A stretch of DNA of 64,000 nt from Tubiluchus corallicola (taxonomy: Eukaryota > Animalia > Priapulida): NCBI GenBank assembly GCA_030141605.1, contig JAQGDQ010000423.1, forward strand, positions 84,177 through 148,176, written 5' to 3'. The notes below the pieces were generated by a model. It searched no databases. It had not been told where the DNA came from and saw only the letters and a program-made list of their open reading frames with translations. Each line of letters opens with the position of its first letter. Positions within the stretch are counted from its first letter, which is position 1. The translations under genes and the position numbers were made by a program. Positions 10,255 to 23,674 of this stretch are shown in pieces.

Positions 10255-11140
10255 TAAGATGGGCCACAAGAAAAAATTTGTTCCTGAAAAATCTCATGAG
10301 CTCAAAAGAAGTCAATAGGGAAGGATAGGAAAGGAGGAATTTTTTTTTAAAAAAGCTTTGTGAATGTTTAAAGCTGGAATCAAAGCTTGTTTATTCCCCA
10401 CTATTTAGCAGTAATGTTGTAAATTTTTTCAATGCATATTTGTTCACACTTTGTTTTTTTAGTTTTTTTGTTTCACATTACTAAATTATCATACAATTAT
10501 CAATTACTGTATAGTCTCTTTTGTACAATACGAACATATGTTCAGATATAAGCAGCAACAGCACATGGCCTTTAAAATACGCTAATTTGGCGGAAAATAC
10601 GACAAGTAACATCCTATACATGAACATTGATTCTATTTTTTCAGTACAATGAGAACTGTAGTTAAGGCCGACCGACCATAAAAAGAATTTGTTTCAGTCT
10701 TACCTCAAGAGCTCAAAAGCTTTGTGAAAGTTTAAAACTGAATCGTGGAATATTAAAATCAGTTGAAATAAAAGTTTGTTTATTTTTTACTGGTTAGCAG
10801 TAATGTTTTAAGTTTTTTCAATGCACATTTTTTCACTGTTTGTTTCTTAGTTTCGTATTACTAAATTATCGTATAATCATCTATTATTCTATAGTCACTT
10901 TTTTGTATCATGAGCATGTATGTTCTGATAATTATGGTATAAGCGGCAACACAACTCAGTCGTTAATACACCAATTTGGCAGAAAATTCAGTATTTTTTA
11001 GCCTCCAATACGATAATCAGCATCATATAAAACGACAACCCTGGCCGAGAGTTAGCCGTGAAAAAACATGGTTGTGTCCTCGCCGAAACTACAATGTTAT
11101 AATAATTATTGTATTTTACCTTTTTAATTAAAAACATGCT
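10255..11140. mobile_element. Two tandem degenerate copies of an unclassified non-autonomous repeat
   Basis: Shared blocks aaagctttgtgaa.gtttaaa and attactaaattatc at about 10353/10717 and 10476/10857; the same family occurs at 17380-17870. Confidence 0.6.
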
Positions 11141-11303
11141 TTTATATTACTGGGTCAGGTAAATATATGAACGTGTATGAAAATTATACATAAATATATA
11201 AAAAAATTATTACATGGGCGATTAGACAGAATAATCGAACAGGCAGAAATCTCAAGCAGTAATGGTTTTTTATTTTTAACAAGTAAGAAATGGTAAAACT
11301 TGC

Positions 11304-11546
11304 CCTCTGTTCTTTTTCTTTGAAAACTTTGGCTTGTTGAGCTAATTTTTCCTGAGTTGCTGCCAATTCCATTTCTAGCTTCAGCTGCTGTATTTTGAGA
11401 AGTTCCGCCTGCTTTTTCCTCAACTGTTCTTTAAGTGCAACTGGATCTTCCAGCTCTAAAGGTGGCGGAGAAGGACTAGGCGACTCCGACGGAGTTGTGC
11501 ACGGAGAAAAAGACGGTTGTACATCGCGAGGCGGCATCTGTATCAC
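11304..11546 (-). CDS. PCF11: PCF11 coding exon 4 (Pro/Ser-rich linker plus coiled coil)
   Basis: cag|GTG acceptor at 11546. LKEQLRKKQAELLKIQQLKLEMEL resembles the PCF11 post-CID coiled coil. Probable GC donor AGG|GCAAGT at 11303. Confidence 0.8.
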
Positions 11547-11678
11547 CTGACAGTAAATGAAATATTAGCGAAAAAAGCTTTTCACAGTTCGACTAAACTC
11601 AAAACACCGAATTTGAAATACGGTTTAAGACTTTTATGTTAAATTCAAATTTACTGAAATTCTCTGAAACACTTAATC

Positions 11679-12160
11679 CAGGGGTGTGCAAATTATCTGA
11701 CTAGCCGGGCCACATTAAACTTTCCCACAATTTCTGCGGGCCACAGGCAGTTTGGTCAAGGAGCCAAGTACATTAGGACCTAATAACCATTTTTCTGCAT
11801 CTGACCTGCGTACATCATTACTACTACACTCAAGAAACTATTTTAGAAGTTATTAAAATTTATATTACAAACCATATATTTCTGCTTTCAGGACACATAG
11901 TGGTAATTTCATTACAATGCAGATTAGTAATGTGTATCACACAGTCTGTGTAGTACAGTGACATTAAGCTGCAACCGTCTTGTAAGGGTTAATGGCATCC
12001 GATCTAGTAGAAAAAACTACCCGCACTATCTTTGGGATCGTGACCCGGACTTCAGCTGGATACACTCAATTAATCGCCCGGGCCGCACTTTCATTAGGTT
12101 GACAAATCTCTTCGCGGGCCGCACAAATTATCTCGGCGGGCCGCAATTTGCACACCCCGG
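11679..12160 (+). mobile_element. hAT-type MITE, copy 1
   Basis: TIRs caggggtgtgcaaa / tttgcacaccccgg with a degenerate 8-bp TSD (acttaatc/acttagag); homologous to 14783-15196 and 36194-36642. Confidence 0.85.
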
Positions 12161-13869
12161 ACTTAGAGCTAACCAGTAAAGCTAACCTCATTTTGCCCAA
12201 AAGTTGTCATATTTGTTTCTATGTTTCCATGTGGAGCTGTACCATGACTCAACGCTTTAGAATCATCCTAAAAGATACAATAAGCCTTTATAAGTAGAAT
12301 AAATAATATAATGGCACCAAATGCGGATCCAGCAAGGACAAACTCATTTCAAGAATTTTCTGTTCAATCTGATGCGGAACAATCTGCAGGTGATATATTT
12401 TTATTAATTTCAATAAAGTTCTTAAATTAACACGATATAGCAGGATACAATATCAGGACAATTACATAATTTATGCATCAAAAGTAGGGATTGGGGTTGC
12501 TTCACAACAAGTAACGCTAACCAGCCAATCAGCGTCTGAAGCCAGGTGCATTCCATAATACTGTAATGTATTGTACGTTCTCATGCAAAATTGTTTGTTG
12601 ATACTTGGTGAAAGGTGTTCAGGCACTTCTTCTGCATTCTTATAAAATAATTGCATGTTACTGATTAGTAATATACACTTTTGGGTAAATTGGCTTCTAA
12701 ATGTAAGTCTGTGTTTATTTGTGGGTGTGTGCTTGTGCGTGCATGCATGAGGGTATGTGTGTGCGTGGATGTGTGTGCATGTGTGTAAAGAAAACTAATA
12801 TTCAATATTAATGCTTAATAACAAATGGCTATTTGCTTATTTACAAGATTCTGTTTTAGTAACACACCACAAGAAGTTATTGTCAAATGTGCAAAAGCCA
12901 ATGCGGTCCTGCTAAAAAGTAACTATGTAGTTAAAGGGTAAAGAATAGGTTGAACCACTACAATTCAGACCACTAGCTTTTCACAACTACTTACCAGAAC
13001 GAACTGTGTTAAAGTGTATGTTCTTTACATTTTTTAATGTTAGTGCACATCTTAATTTATAGTAAGTCTATTTATAGTCCAAGGTTTAACTTAATTACAT
13101 GTAATTATTTTACTTAGGATATTGCTTACTTACATTCACTTTTTTGTACATTTTTAGAACTGGTTTGAAGCTAAAGCAGTTATAATTCCAAACTGTCAGC
13201 CTGTCCACTTTATTTTTAAATCATTTTTTTAATCAGCATCGCTTATTCATATTTGACTTAAAATAGACGTAGTTTGTCTTGACTCTACTTCTTATGTTGT
13301 ATACTGACTGACAAATCTTATGATGTACTACTGATCTTTATGAACCACTGTAGCTATAATTCAATAATCTTCAATAAAAACATCTCCATTAATATTGGAC
13401 TTCTGACATCTTTGAATTGGGTAATAAATAAAAATAAAATCAACGTGCACTAATGTAACGGTTGAAGTAAACTGTTGTATCATTCACGACAGATCCATAT
13501 ATTCAAAAACTGATCCTGCCCTTTATAAATTTAGGTTGTGAAAACAGCATTCATATACTTATAACAAGCAAGTACTCTGTAAACATATTTAGGGTTAGGG
13601 AGACAAAAGCATTATTGTAAATATGGAGCAGACAAGACAACACAAGTATAATAATGAGGGCCAGACAGACATGTCACGTACTAATTTTCTATGTACATAA
13701 CCTGCCACAATTATTCATTAAGCAGTAAAACAGGTTTGCACAGAGCAGAGAGGCACAATGTCTCAGATGAATGTTTATTCTACCTTACAGATTAAGCATA
13801 TTGCAGGTTTTAAACTGGTCCATTAATTGTTAAAAATATTCATTTCACTATTCACTTTACTCTGCTGAG

Positions 13870-14002
13870 AAGTCTGGAAGAGGAAGCAATCATACCGAGT
13901 AGTCTATGGTTACAAAGTCTGGAAGAAGAAGCAATCGTACCAAGTAGTCTATGGTTACAAAGTCTGGAAGAGGAAGCAATCACACCAAGTCTATGGTTAC
14001 AA
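13870..14002. repeat. 45-bp tandem repeat, 3 copies
   Basis: aagtctggaagaggaagcaatc...gtctatggttaca repeated three times. Confidence 0.85.
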
Positions 14003-14142
14003 ACCCACATGAAAAACACTTACAAGCCACATGACTGTGACTAGGAAGAAAAATGCTTGGAGTAAACAAACAAGTCATCCAAAAGTACATTGCACAGATT
14101 AAAACTATTCCTCAAATGAAGTATAGTATATGGCCAGATTCA

Positions 14143-14218
14143 ACTACTACTACCTCTACTACTACTACTACTGATACTACCTATACTACTACTACTACTA
14201 CTACTACTATGACTACTG

Positions 14219-14249
<31 letters not shown>

Positions 14250-14333
14250 GACTACTACTACCTATACTACTACTACTACTACTACAACTACTACTACTAC
14301 TACTACTGTTGCTACTACTACTACTACTATTAC
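14143..14333. repeat. (ACT)n microsatellite
   Basis: Imperfect actact run inside PCF11 intron 3. Confidence 0.95.
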
Positions 14334-14535
14334 TTACAATTAAATTTTGAAATGCTATAAATTTAAAAACTTTGCAGACATCTTTTTATTGTGCCACTGT
14401 ATACAGATTTGCATGAAAGACTAAAACCACACTTTTTTATACACTAGTGACACCACAGAACTCCAAATACACAAATGTGTTTCTGAATGTCAATTTTCAC
14501 TGCCAAAAAACACGAACAACCTTCCCAGTTCTCAC

Positions 14536-14715
14536 CTTTGTGATAAATTTCGGGTTGACATGAATGCTGGTTTGCGTTGGCGGTTCGGCTGTGATGGGCC
14601 ACGCCGGATCTATCTGGTTGACGCGGAAATCAATTGCATATAATTTCTTATTGCTAAAAATACCGGCCCAAGTTTGTCGCAGTTTATACATTGCTTGCCG
14701 TGTTTCTTCATTCAC
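14536..14715 (-). CDS. PCF11: PCF11 coding exon 3 (end of CID domain)
   Basis: VNEETRQAMYKLRQTWAGIF...IDPAWPI...SIHVNPKF matches the PCF11 DPAWP and IHVNPKF motifs; tag|GTG acceptor, AAG|gtgaga donor, 180 nt. Confidence 0.95.
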
Positions 14716-14782
14716 CTACAAATTCAAAATCAAAAAACTGACTAATACATTAAAAAACAACAAGTGTTTGTTGCGTATAAGA

Positions 14783-15196
14783 CAGGGGTGTGCAAATTAT
14801 CTGACTAGCCGGGCCACATTAAACATTCCCGCAATTCCTGTGGGCCACACGCAGTTTGGTCAAGGAGCCAAGTACAGTAGGACGTGATAACGATTTTTCT
14901 GCATCTGATCTGTCACATCATTACCACTGCGCTACTACACTCAAAAAACTATTTTAGAAATTATTAAAATTTATATTAAAAACCAAACATTTCGTCATGT
15001 CCGACAGTGACATTAAGTGACAACGGTCTTGTAAGGGTTAATGCCATCCGATCAAGAGGAAAAAACTACCCGCACTATCTTTGCGATATTGGCGCGGACT
15101 TCAGCTGGATCGCATGGGCCGCACTTTCATTACGTTGACAAACCTCTTCGCGGGATGCACAAGATCTCTCGGCGGGCCGCAGTTTGCACACCCCTG
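14783..15196 (+). mobile_element. hAT-type MITE, copy 2
   Basis: TIRs caggggtgtgcaaa / tttgcacacccctg with a perfect 8-bp TSD gtataaga (14775-14782 and 15197-15204). Confidence 0.92.
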
Positions 15197-15664
15197 GTAT
15201 AAGACATCTAAATTACGTAGTATTCAACGTGTAATTGTGTTTGAATTCTAAATTAAAATAATAAATACGTTTTCAACACTTTTCTTTGTCAGTTGTCACA
15301 CTAATTGTAAACCAAGTTAGTTTATAATGAATTAGTATAAAAAACACGTATTAACTGTCACATTTCAATACGGTGAAAATGCCTTGTATTCTTTCTGAGA
15401 TAAAGCACTTATGTTTACATTAATGATAAGCTCTATATTACCGCATGCGAATGTTCCATTCAAGACCTTCACCACAATATTATTTTTCAAATTTAACACT
15501 AAATTACAACATACTGATACTAATCATGAAACGATTGTATACGTTGTATAATGAAACATTTAAGAATGCTGAACATTCGGCAGTTCTAATCAATTTCTGC
15601 ATTATAGCACTTTTTCAGTATTCATTATTTCTCAATCTAAATGATTTAGAAAAGCATGTTTTAC

Positions 15665-15793
15665 CTTTTCAAAGACAGAAACGAAATTGGATACTATATT
15701 CTGCTGGAAAAGGTTGAGGTAGTTGCTGTCTTTTACATTTTTTATGATCGAATCAATCAGATAAAGATACGTAAGTCTCAAAGTTGGTTGCAC
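15665..15793 (-). CDS. PCF11: PCF11 coding exon 2 (CID domain; not in the ORF track)
   Basis: Hand translation gives VQPTLRLTYLYLIDSIIKNVKDSNYLNLFQQNIVSNFVSVFEK with the CID motif YLIDSIIKN; cag|GTG and AAG|gtaaaa; 129 nt, phase 0-0. Confidence 0.95.
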
Positions 15794-17026
15794 CTGTAAT
15801 TAAAAAACGATGTTTGTTAATGCCTTAATTATAAACAGATTTATGAAAAAAATCAAAAATATAAATTATCTAGCAGCCTCACTAACCTGCCAAATTAAAT
15901 CAGAAGCAACTGTACACGTGCTGACTTACTTATTTATCTCTAAGTAGTTCATACGTTTTATTATCATATGCAGTCTCATAACTTTACAAGGAACAGACAA
16001 ATCAATGCTTAATTACAATACGTCTTTAACTAACTCCATCAATTTTAAAACCCAGTATACTTTTTGGGTGTATAGATTATACGTAGCTGGAATCTATCAC
16101 ACATTTCTTACAAAGAACATTTTAAACAAAATGACTACAGAAAGCAAACAAAAACTGAAGATACAAATTATTATAGTAATGATAAAAAGTTCACACTCAT
16201 CAGTACATAATCATGCATCTGATATACAACCCCTTTTAGTATGTTTTTGTAAATCAGTTGAATATGACGATGATCTGTACACTAAACATGAGACAACAAC
16301 TGTTTGTTTTAAAAGTCAACAACTGCGGCTTAAATCATTGATTAGCAAGTCTAAATAAAGAAAAGGCTAGCCTCATAATAGTAAAATAGATCTGTAAATT
16401 TGAGTCATGTAACAGGTTTGCATAGAAAACTGGCCTTACATAAATACATCACCGGCAGGGAACAATTGTCAATTATTAATTTACGTACAGCATTAGAAAT
16501 TTACCACATACACACAATCATACTAAATACATTATTGCGATTTCTAAGTTCTAAGTTTATTAGTCCATGTAAAGTGGTCTCAGAAGCTACCAAGTTTTAC
16601 ATGTACATCGCCACGAAATCCAACATCACACTGGTACAAATGATGCCGTTTCATTTAAGACAAAATTGGTGTCATTATACTATTCTCAGCACATTTTATA
16701 CATACACAGCACCCACTGAGGGAGTTACTACACTCACATACTAGCTAGAATAATACAATACCATTTGAACAACATACAGAAATATGTTACATGCCACAAG
16801 ATTATTTGAAGAACAATATTTAAGTATGCTTACAGCAGTTATAGGCTAAAAAAATTAGGCAATAAAATGTGCGTACGTAATTGTTATAACATCACAATTC
16901 TAAATTTATAATGATTAATAGTAATAAATGCTAAAGTTATGACATTAGTACAACACTACTAAATTGCCAGGAGACCTAAGCAGTGGACTTCTGTAAGGTA
17001 CTTGCAAAGTACATGCCACTAAAAAT

Positions 17027-17870
17027 CTTAACCTAAAATATTAAACCTTATCAAGATCTTAACTTAGTCCCCCGATTAGTGGCCATAGATGAGGCATCAT
17101 GTTTTTTCCTCTACTGCAAAGTTAAACAATGCTACGTTTGGGCTTCAAATGGATGGGTGAGTGGTTCTATACAGTTCAGTAACCAAAACTCACAACTATA
17201 TCTCTTGTTCAGGTGATACTCTTGAAGTGATTACTGTACTTCTGGTAGAACAACATGAGGAGATACCATTAGTAAGTATCAAAAGTCATAACTGGGCACC
17301 CTTTAATTATACAACCAGAGTCACTTAAACTCACTGCTATGTATAAAATTTAAGTTTCATTTAATTTCAATGACCAGGGCAGTCAGGCTGGCCTCAAAAA
17401 ACTGTTTCTGTATCACCTCATGAGCTTAAAAGATGACAGTAGACAGGAAAGAAAATTTTTTTCAAGACTTTGTGAATGTTTAAATCTGAACTGAGGAACA
17501 TTTAAAATAAGCTCAAATCAAAATTTGTTTATCCCCACTGGTTAGTAGAAATTTTTTAAATGTTCATATTTTAAGCTGTCTTTTTTAAATTTTGTTTCAC
17601 ATTACTAAATTATTATATAATTATCGATTATCTTATAGTCTCTTTTTTGCGGTACGAACATATGTTCAAACGATTATGGTATAAGAGGCAACACTACTCA
17701 GCCGTTAATATGCTGATTTGGTGGAAAATACAAAAACCTTTTAGCTTCCAATATAATGATCAGGACCATATAAAACGGCAACACTGACCTACAGCTAGCC
17801 ATAGAAAAACATGGCTGCATCCTCCCAAAACAATGATGTTATAATAACTACCACGCTTTACGTTTTAAAT
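17027..17870. repeat. Dispersed repeat; 17027-17500 has a close inverted copy at about 23960-24483
   Basis: For example gggcttcaaatggatgggtgagtggttctatacagttcagtaacc at 17141 is the reverse complement of 24318-24362. Confidence 0.85.
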
Positions 17871-18305
17871 TTTAAAAAATATGTCATACATGACTTATTC
17901 ACAAATCTCTGAACTCTTTTGTCAGCTTTGTCACAAAATTATCTAGGGTATGGTTCCCGTGCAGGAACAAACGTACAAGTTCATTTAATGCAAAACTATA
18001 AACATTGATGTTAAAAGAGTGCAGAGATTTGTGAATAAGTCATGTCTGGCATATTTTTAAAGAGCTTTAAATAGTATTAACTATGTTACACTTGTTACAT
18101 AGTAATGTTCATAATTATTGCAACATTTTTTGTACATTGTTGTAATCATTGTTGTGCATCTGTCTAGCGTTCGCTCCCACCAGGGGAGAACATATATCAG
18201 TTGTAAAACTGTCTGTTCCAAACCAAGATGTTACATGTTCAATATGTTCAAACCAAAAAAGTATGCTTTTCAGTCTATATCTACATTTGTCAAACTGATA
18301 CTTAC

Positions 18306-18458
18306 TTTTTGTAAATACGTTTCTATGACCTTGACAATATCTTCGGCATATTGTGCGCTGTCCTCAGCTAACATTGTCAACATATTGATGTGAGGTTTAC
18401 TATTGAAAGTCAGATCAGCTAAAGAAGTCTCATACTCTTCCCTCACAGCTTCGGCCAT
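18306..18458 (-). CDS. PCF11: PCF11 coding exon 1 (start of the CTD-interacting domain)
   Basis: MAEAVREEYETSLADLTFNSKPHINMLTMLAED carries the diagnostic PCF11 motif DLTFNSKPHINMLT; AAA|gtaagt donor. Confidence 0.96.
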
Positions 18459-18459
18459 G

Positions 18460-18720
18460 ATGAAACTTACTACAGCAAATGCCAAGACCGCAAAGCTGTA
18501 ACAAGGTATTTCGTTTTTCAACTACTGACACAAATATTTCAAAATTAGTTTAAGAAATTCCATCTTGCGAAACAGCCTGGCAAGTAAAATGGCGATTTCT
18601 AAATGGCAAAAACTCCGACCTTTGTGGACTGTGCAACGATGGATCACGGACCGTGTCGAGTTCGTACACAGCAAACAACTGCGAACTGTGGTTTACGCAA
18701 ACCATTGATGGTAATATACT
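18460..18720. promoter_or_regulatory. Probable PCF11 promoter/5' region, possibly bidirectional with SGSM3
   Basis: Locally CpG-richer than the flanks, with a YY1-like AAAATGGCG at 18586 and a possible + strand donor ATG|gtaata at 18710; the two genes are head-to-head. Confidence 0.4.
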
Positions 18721-20101
18721 CAGGCTGCCGTCGCCCCTCAGATTCAATATTAATCTTTCCTTTGTTCCTAAGCGGATGCTTCATTATTAAACCTCATATT
18801 AGTCTTTGAAAATCCAACAGCCCTCTAGCAGTTTTTCTAGTAGCTGAACACCCAGTGTAGAAGCGTGGAGTAGATTCTTTTTTTTTTAAATAAAATAATC
18901 ACAGTCATTAATCGTTGACCTTAAGAAAAGTGCGGATTGTAAATGCTGTACTGTTGGCACTTATCGTTAAGTATCATTAAGTTGCTAACATATTTTATCC
19001 CTCCCCGCTTTCATTAAATATTAACATCTTGGCAGTCATTGTAGTCATTACAATGTTCTGATGGCTTTTGCCAGTAGTGCAGCTTGCCAGTTGTCACACG
19101 CAAATAAAACTTGTAGTAAAAAATCATTAGTAATCTCACGATTACCAGATAATTATCGTCATATTTTTGTAATAACAATAATTGCTATTTTTGTGTAGTG
19201 TTTCCCTAGTATTATCATCATTGTACATATAAACTGCATGACTGTGTTTTTGTTTTCTACCATTATATAAGATCTGAAACCTGGAGTAGGTGCAAAGCCA
19301 TTAGCCAAAAGCCCACTAGAAAGAGGTCACTGGACAAAAGCCCACCGTTCAATTACAGATTATTAAAAAAAAAGATTGTCAGTGTCTCTAAGTCTCTAAG
19401 TCAGCACAATTGCCCATTAAGTCTAATGTAGACTTTGAATAGAATAATTCTAAAATCAAAGAAACTAGCTCTTAAAATAGATATTTTATTTATCTCCTTT
19501 TTGAATACAGTAATTAACTAATAACATCCAAGATTACATTATTAATGATGGAGAAAGGGTTGCAGTGAAACCGCTGAACACTTTTAAACGGGCAATCTCA
19601 GCAGTAATCTTAGGTGTCTGGCGCACACAGTAGAGTTCGGTGCATTGGTGATTTGACCATATGGTTCACGGACTTCTGGGCTTGCCTTGTTGGCTTGTAA
19701 CGTAACGGCTTTTACATATCTATGGCTGTGAACCCATTGACGTCATAAAAAAATAGTTCGTACATGGTAAAATTAGTGCAACATTCTGCCGTTTATGGTA
19801 TTGGTAAGGGACAGAGAAAATTGTTGCATTAAATTTGACACAACATGTTAGTTAATGCTGACTCAGCAAATGTGTCTTAGTTTAATTTGATTTAATCGCA
19901 TGACTCCTTATTTACGGTAGTTGCTCCAGTTAGTTTGAATATTGATTATGTGAACTGATATTGATGTTTGGCGTGGGCGGATAGGCGCTCTTCGGCTCTT
20001 AAGCAGAAAGTTAGAAAATGAAATTTTGTTAGTTTGCTGTTGTTGTTTCTATAAATTATTTTATTTAACACGTGTGTCTACAACTGGTTTTCATTTTTGG
20101 T

Positions 20102-20171
20102 ATGGATATTGCTAGATCCGTATTTGGTGGCCGGTCTACAGAAGGATATTTGCCAGGAAAAGGGATAAAAG
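20102..20171 (+). CDS. SGSM3: Probable SGSM3 first coding exon (MDIARSVFGGRSTEGYLPGKGIK)
   Basis: ATG-initiated, with a phase-1 donor AAAG|gtcatt matching the phase-1 acceptor at 21416; GC-box-like tgggcgga at about 19975. Confidence 0.55.
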
Positions 20172-20789
20172 GTCATTAAATTGATTCCATCTGCTTCCTT
20201 TCACTTTCTGTCACTGAAAAAGTGTTTGGTTAAATGCTCTCAAAACCCTTTAGGAATCAAATACAAAAACCGGATATCAAAAGTTTATTTAACAACCTTT
20301 TCATTAAAACTATTTTAGTTTCTAAAATATGATATTCAGTTTCTATTGGTGAAGTATACTTTATTTGTGAAGCCTTGAGTATAAAATCAAGTACATGTCA
20401 ATGTTACATGAAACAGATTAAACCAGAAAATACAACAGACCCCACTAAACAGTGTGCCTCTAATAGAAGTGTGAATAAATATTTTGTTTTATGTTTGAAA
20501 TCAACTAGTAGCAAGGTTCGGTGTCCAATGTGTAAATGAACTGTAGAACCCTCTCATTTGTGACAGACTGACAGTTGTGTATGATTTTAAGTTACTTGGG
20601 TTGAATTTCGTCCCTTTGGCCGTGAATGATTTTATGTCATAGACTATTGTGTTCTACTTTCGCTAGCACAGTAGTGTGTTAACTAGAACTGAAAAAGTGA
20701 TGCAAAAGTTGATCTTGTAGTTGTATTGGGTATACCTTATCAATCGCTATGATAAGTTTTGTGTGACCTCTTTCTTTTTTATGCTAGTA

Positions 20790-21290
20790 CAGTCTAGCCT
20801 CGTTATCTGGCCCCTCGTTATGCCGCCAAACTCGTCTCGGCCATAGAAAGTACCAGGACAGATTTCCTGCTTTGATATTTACCTCGTTAAGTCGCCACCC
20901 TCGCTTCTCGCCCTCGCCACGTCATGCTAGGATGAGTGCTTATGTAAACTATATCGTTATGTCGCCAGACAGACAAACTCAGAGGTGAATCGATCAATAC
21001 ATATACCACGTGTCGATCAATATAACCTTGGTATGTAGACAATGCTGCTGTACTCGATAGACAGACATAATTAATCTAGTGTGTGTCTCACCAGGATTAG
21101 ATTAGGAGTGCTGTGGTTGGTTAATGCGCAGAAAAACTAAAGCGTCACCGATATATGTACATAGAGGAACACTATGTTAATCAACTATTATGTATATACA
21201 TATAGACTAACTTCGTTATATTCCCGTTATCTCGCCTCTCGCCAAAAATTTGCCCTAGATGGACAGTGGCGAGATAACGAGACTAGACTG
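20790..21290. mobile_element. Tc1/mariner (pogo/Tigger-like) MITE
   Basis: TIRs cagtctagcctcgttatct / agataacgagactagactg flanked by TA. Confidence 0.88.
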
Positions 21291-21415
21291 TAATTGACAT
21301 TCTAAAAACTTTAGGTCCTTATTCAGGTTTAACAAAGACATTAATTTACAACTTGTCAGTCTATAAGCTAGCGTAATGGCACAATCATTGCACAATTTTT
21401 ATTTTCTTGTTTTAG

Positions 21416-21600
21416 CCGAGTCATTGTATGATGAAGATGATGATGATATCCCATCTGGGACATCACCAAATGCGATCCGAGCAGCGAGACAAAGTCCTTC
21501 ACAGTCTCAGAGCAGTGGGTATACACCCAGTCCTGGTGGACCATTTAGTGCTCTTACACCATCTATGTGGCCACAAGATATACTTGCTAAGCTAGCTCAG
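21416..21600 (+). CDS. SGSM3: SGSM3 exon 2
   Basis: [19 protein letters not shown] is the conserved SGSM3 N-terminal motif; tttag| acceptor, CAG|gttgct donor. Confidence 0.9.
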
Positions 21601-23216
21601 GTTGCTTTTGCTTAACGTTTATGGAATGTATGTGTGCTTGCAAACCAAAACCGTTTATAAGTCGGCATAGTTAAAACTACGTTACGATGCTTCAAAGTAG
21701 AATGACCCAAAAATTTGGTCAAATGTCAATTTTTCGTATTTTGAAAAACCAACGCAAAATATTGGACTTTTATATTCTAGTATCAAATTATTAAGAAAGT
21801 GTTCAAGAAACACTAAAAATTTAATTTTATAACTACTTACCCACTTTTCTGTCTAGAAACTAGTACTGCAATTGTAAAAAACTCCCCGTTTTCAAACTCC
21901 GGTAGTAGATCCTGGAAGCTGTTATTTTGCTTCCGGTTTTTGCTATTGCCAAGCCCAGATCTTAGTCAGGGAGAGCCATCTAATGGATTTAAACATAACT
22001 TAAACATAAAGTCCATAGCAACCAACATTTGTACAGTTGCTAAGTGTTTTGTAGACACACGACAGAAAACAATGGCTAACTTTAGCATTGTTTTTCAGTG
22101 CAGCGTGCACCTCAACTTCAATGTGGATTATCTCAGCTTACAAATACCACAGAACGTTGAGCTTGGTATCAAAATATTTCTCATGAAATGGAGTGTCAGC
22201 ATATGTAAATAGCGAGAAAAGTTTAATTGCCAACTTATGGACGATTTTGCTATGCAAACGCACACACATAAATATATATATTTATATGATTAATATATAT
22301 GGAACATACATATGTATGTATGTATTTGCTTTGGTAGCAAACATAAATAGAACCATTATATCTTAATGTCATGACTACTATACTGAACCTCAATCATATG
22401 AGTAACTTCAAGTTTCATTTTGCTCTAGCTATGAAAATTCTGCTCATTTAGTGATCATTGTGGAATTAATCTTCTGTTGTCGTTGTTTCTCGCATTATGT
22501 CAATGCATTTCCTTGCATAACAGTACATCCTCTTCATTATAACAGAGTGGCAAAGTAACATATGCTGTATGACAAAGTAGTGATTAATTTTAATTTATAA
22601 CTTAAAATTATTTTCACGTATTACTGACTAATCCAGCTATGCAAGTATAACATATACATGCGCTACTAACTAGCAACTGCTGCTATACAAGAATAATGCT
22701 TTAGATAAAATATAATAATTAAATTTACATTTACATTGTAGTTTAATTTACATAGCTCACGGTACTAATCTAAGTTGAGTTTTGTTATTAAATTAGTAGA
22801 AGGGTGGTAGACTCGATGATCTTTCACCACCCTGTCTCTCTTAGTAGTTCATTTGTTAATGCTATGTTGATTATGTTGTTGAGACAATAAATTATTCTGT
22901 ATTCTGTATAGTGTCTAACTTAAATTCAATTCTCTAATTTGCTTTTACTCTAGTTGTCTTCAAGTTTCATTCTATTATTTCACAAACAGTTGTGTCGTCA
23001 CACTTTTCTAAGCATGCTATTGTTTAATGAATGAAATTTGTGAAGAAGAAACTTTGTCAAAAAGTTTGACAGTCCCGGAACATTCAGAAATTTGTAATGC
23101 TGCCTTGTAGTGGTCAGTAGATACTTTTACTTATATAAATTTCCATTTTCTGTTACTATATGTTGATGGTGTTCTACATAAAGTTGTACTTTTTAACTTA
23201 TTTTCTCTGCATACAG

Positions 23217-23411
23217 CCAGAGGGAGCTGGTCAGCCCGATTACCGATACGACGAATTTGGTTTTCGTGTGGATGAGGAAGACGGTCCAGAGCAAACATCG
23301 AGTAAAATTCTCAGCATCCCTTTCGTGGAGGATGCGCAGCATCGCCTCAAGTGGGTTGCGCACCTGGAGTTTACTCATAATAACGAAGTTGGTGATCTAA
23401 CATGGGATCAG
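23217..23411 (+). CDS. SGSM3: SGSM3 exon 3
   Basis: YRYDEFGFRVDEEDGPEQ...RLKWVAHLEFTHN..VGDLTWD; canonical splice sites, 195 nt. Confidence 0.95.
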
Positions 23412-23674
23412 GTTTGGGCATTTTACTGCAAAATTTTATTATAAATGATTGCAGTATTTATGAATAGCTTTGATTTTGTTGGCTAAAAGAGCTTAATGCA
23501 TCATTACCATTACTTTTAGTTTCTGAAATTCAGTCCATGCTAGTTGCATTTTCTTTGTTTATTTAATTTTGCTTCATTGCTGTTACATCTGCTTTTTGGG
23601 AAGTGGTGTCTGTATTCGCATTTCTGCTGCTCAAATTGTCAGGATTATGGTATGCTTTTTGTGGTTAATGAAGT

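Noticed and set aside
14053-14343. Poly-Thr mucin-like ORF
   Set aside because: An (ACT)n microsatellite in PCF11 intron 3.
18603-18710. ATG-initiated ORF as SGSM3 coding exon 1
   Set aside because: Its donor is phase 0 while the exon at 21416 needs phase 1; the phase-compatible frame has no ATG. It may be a non-coding exon.
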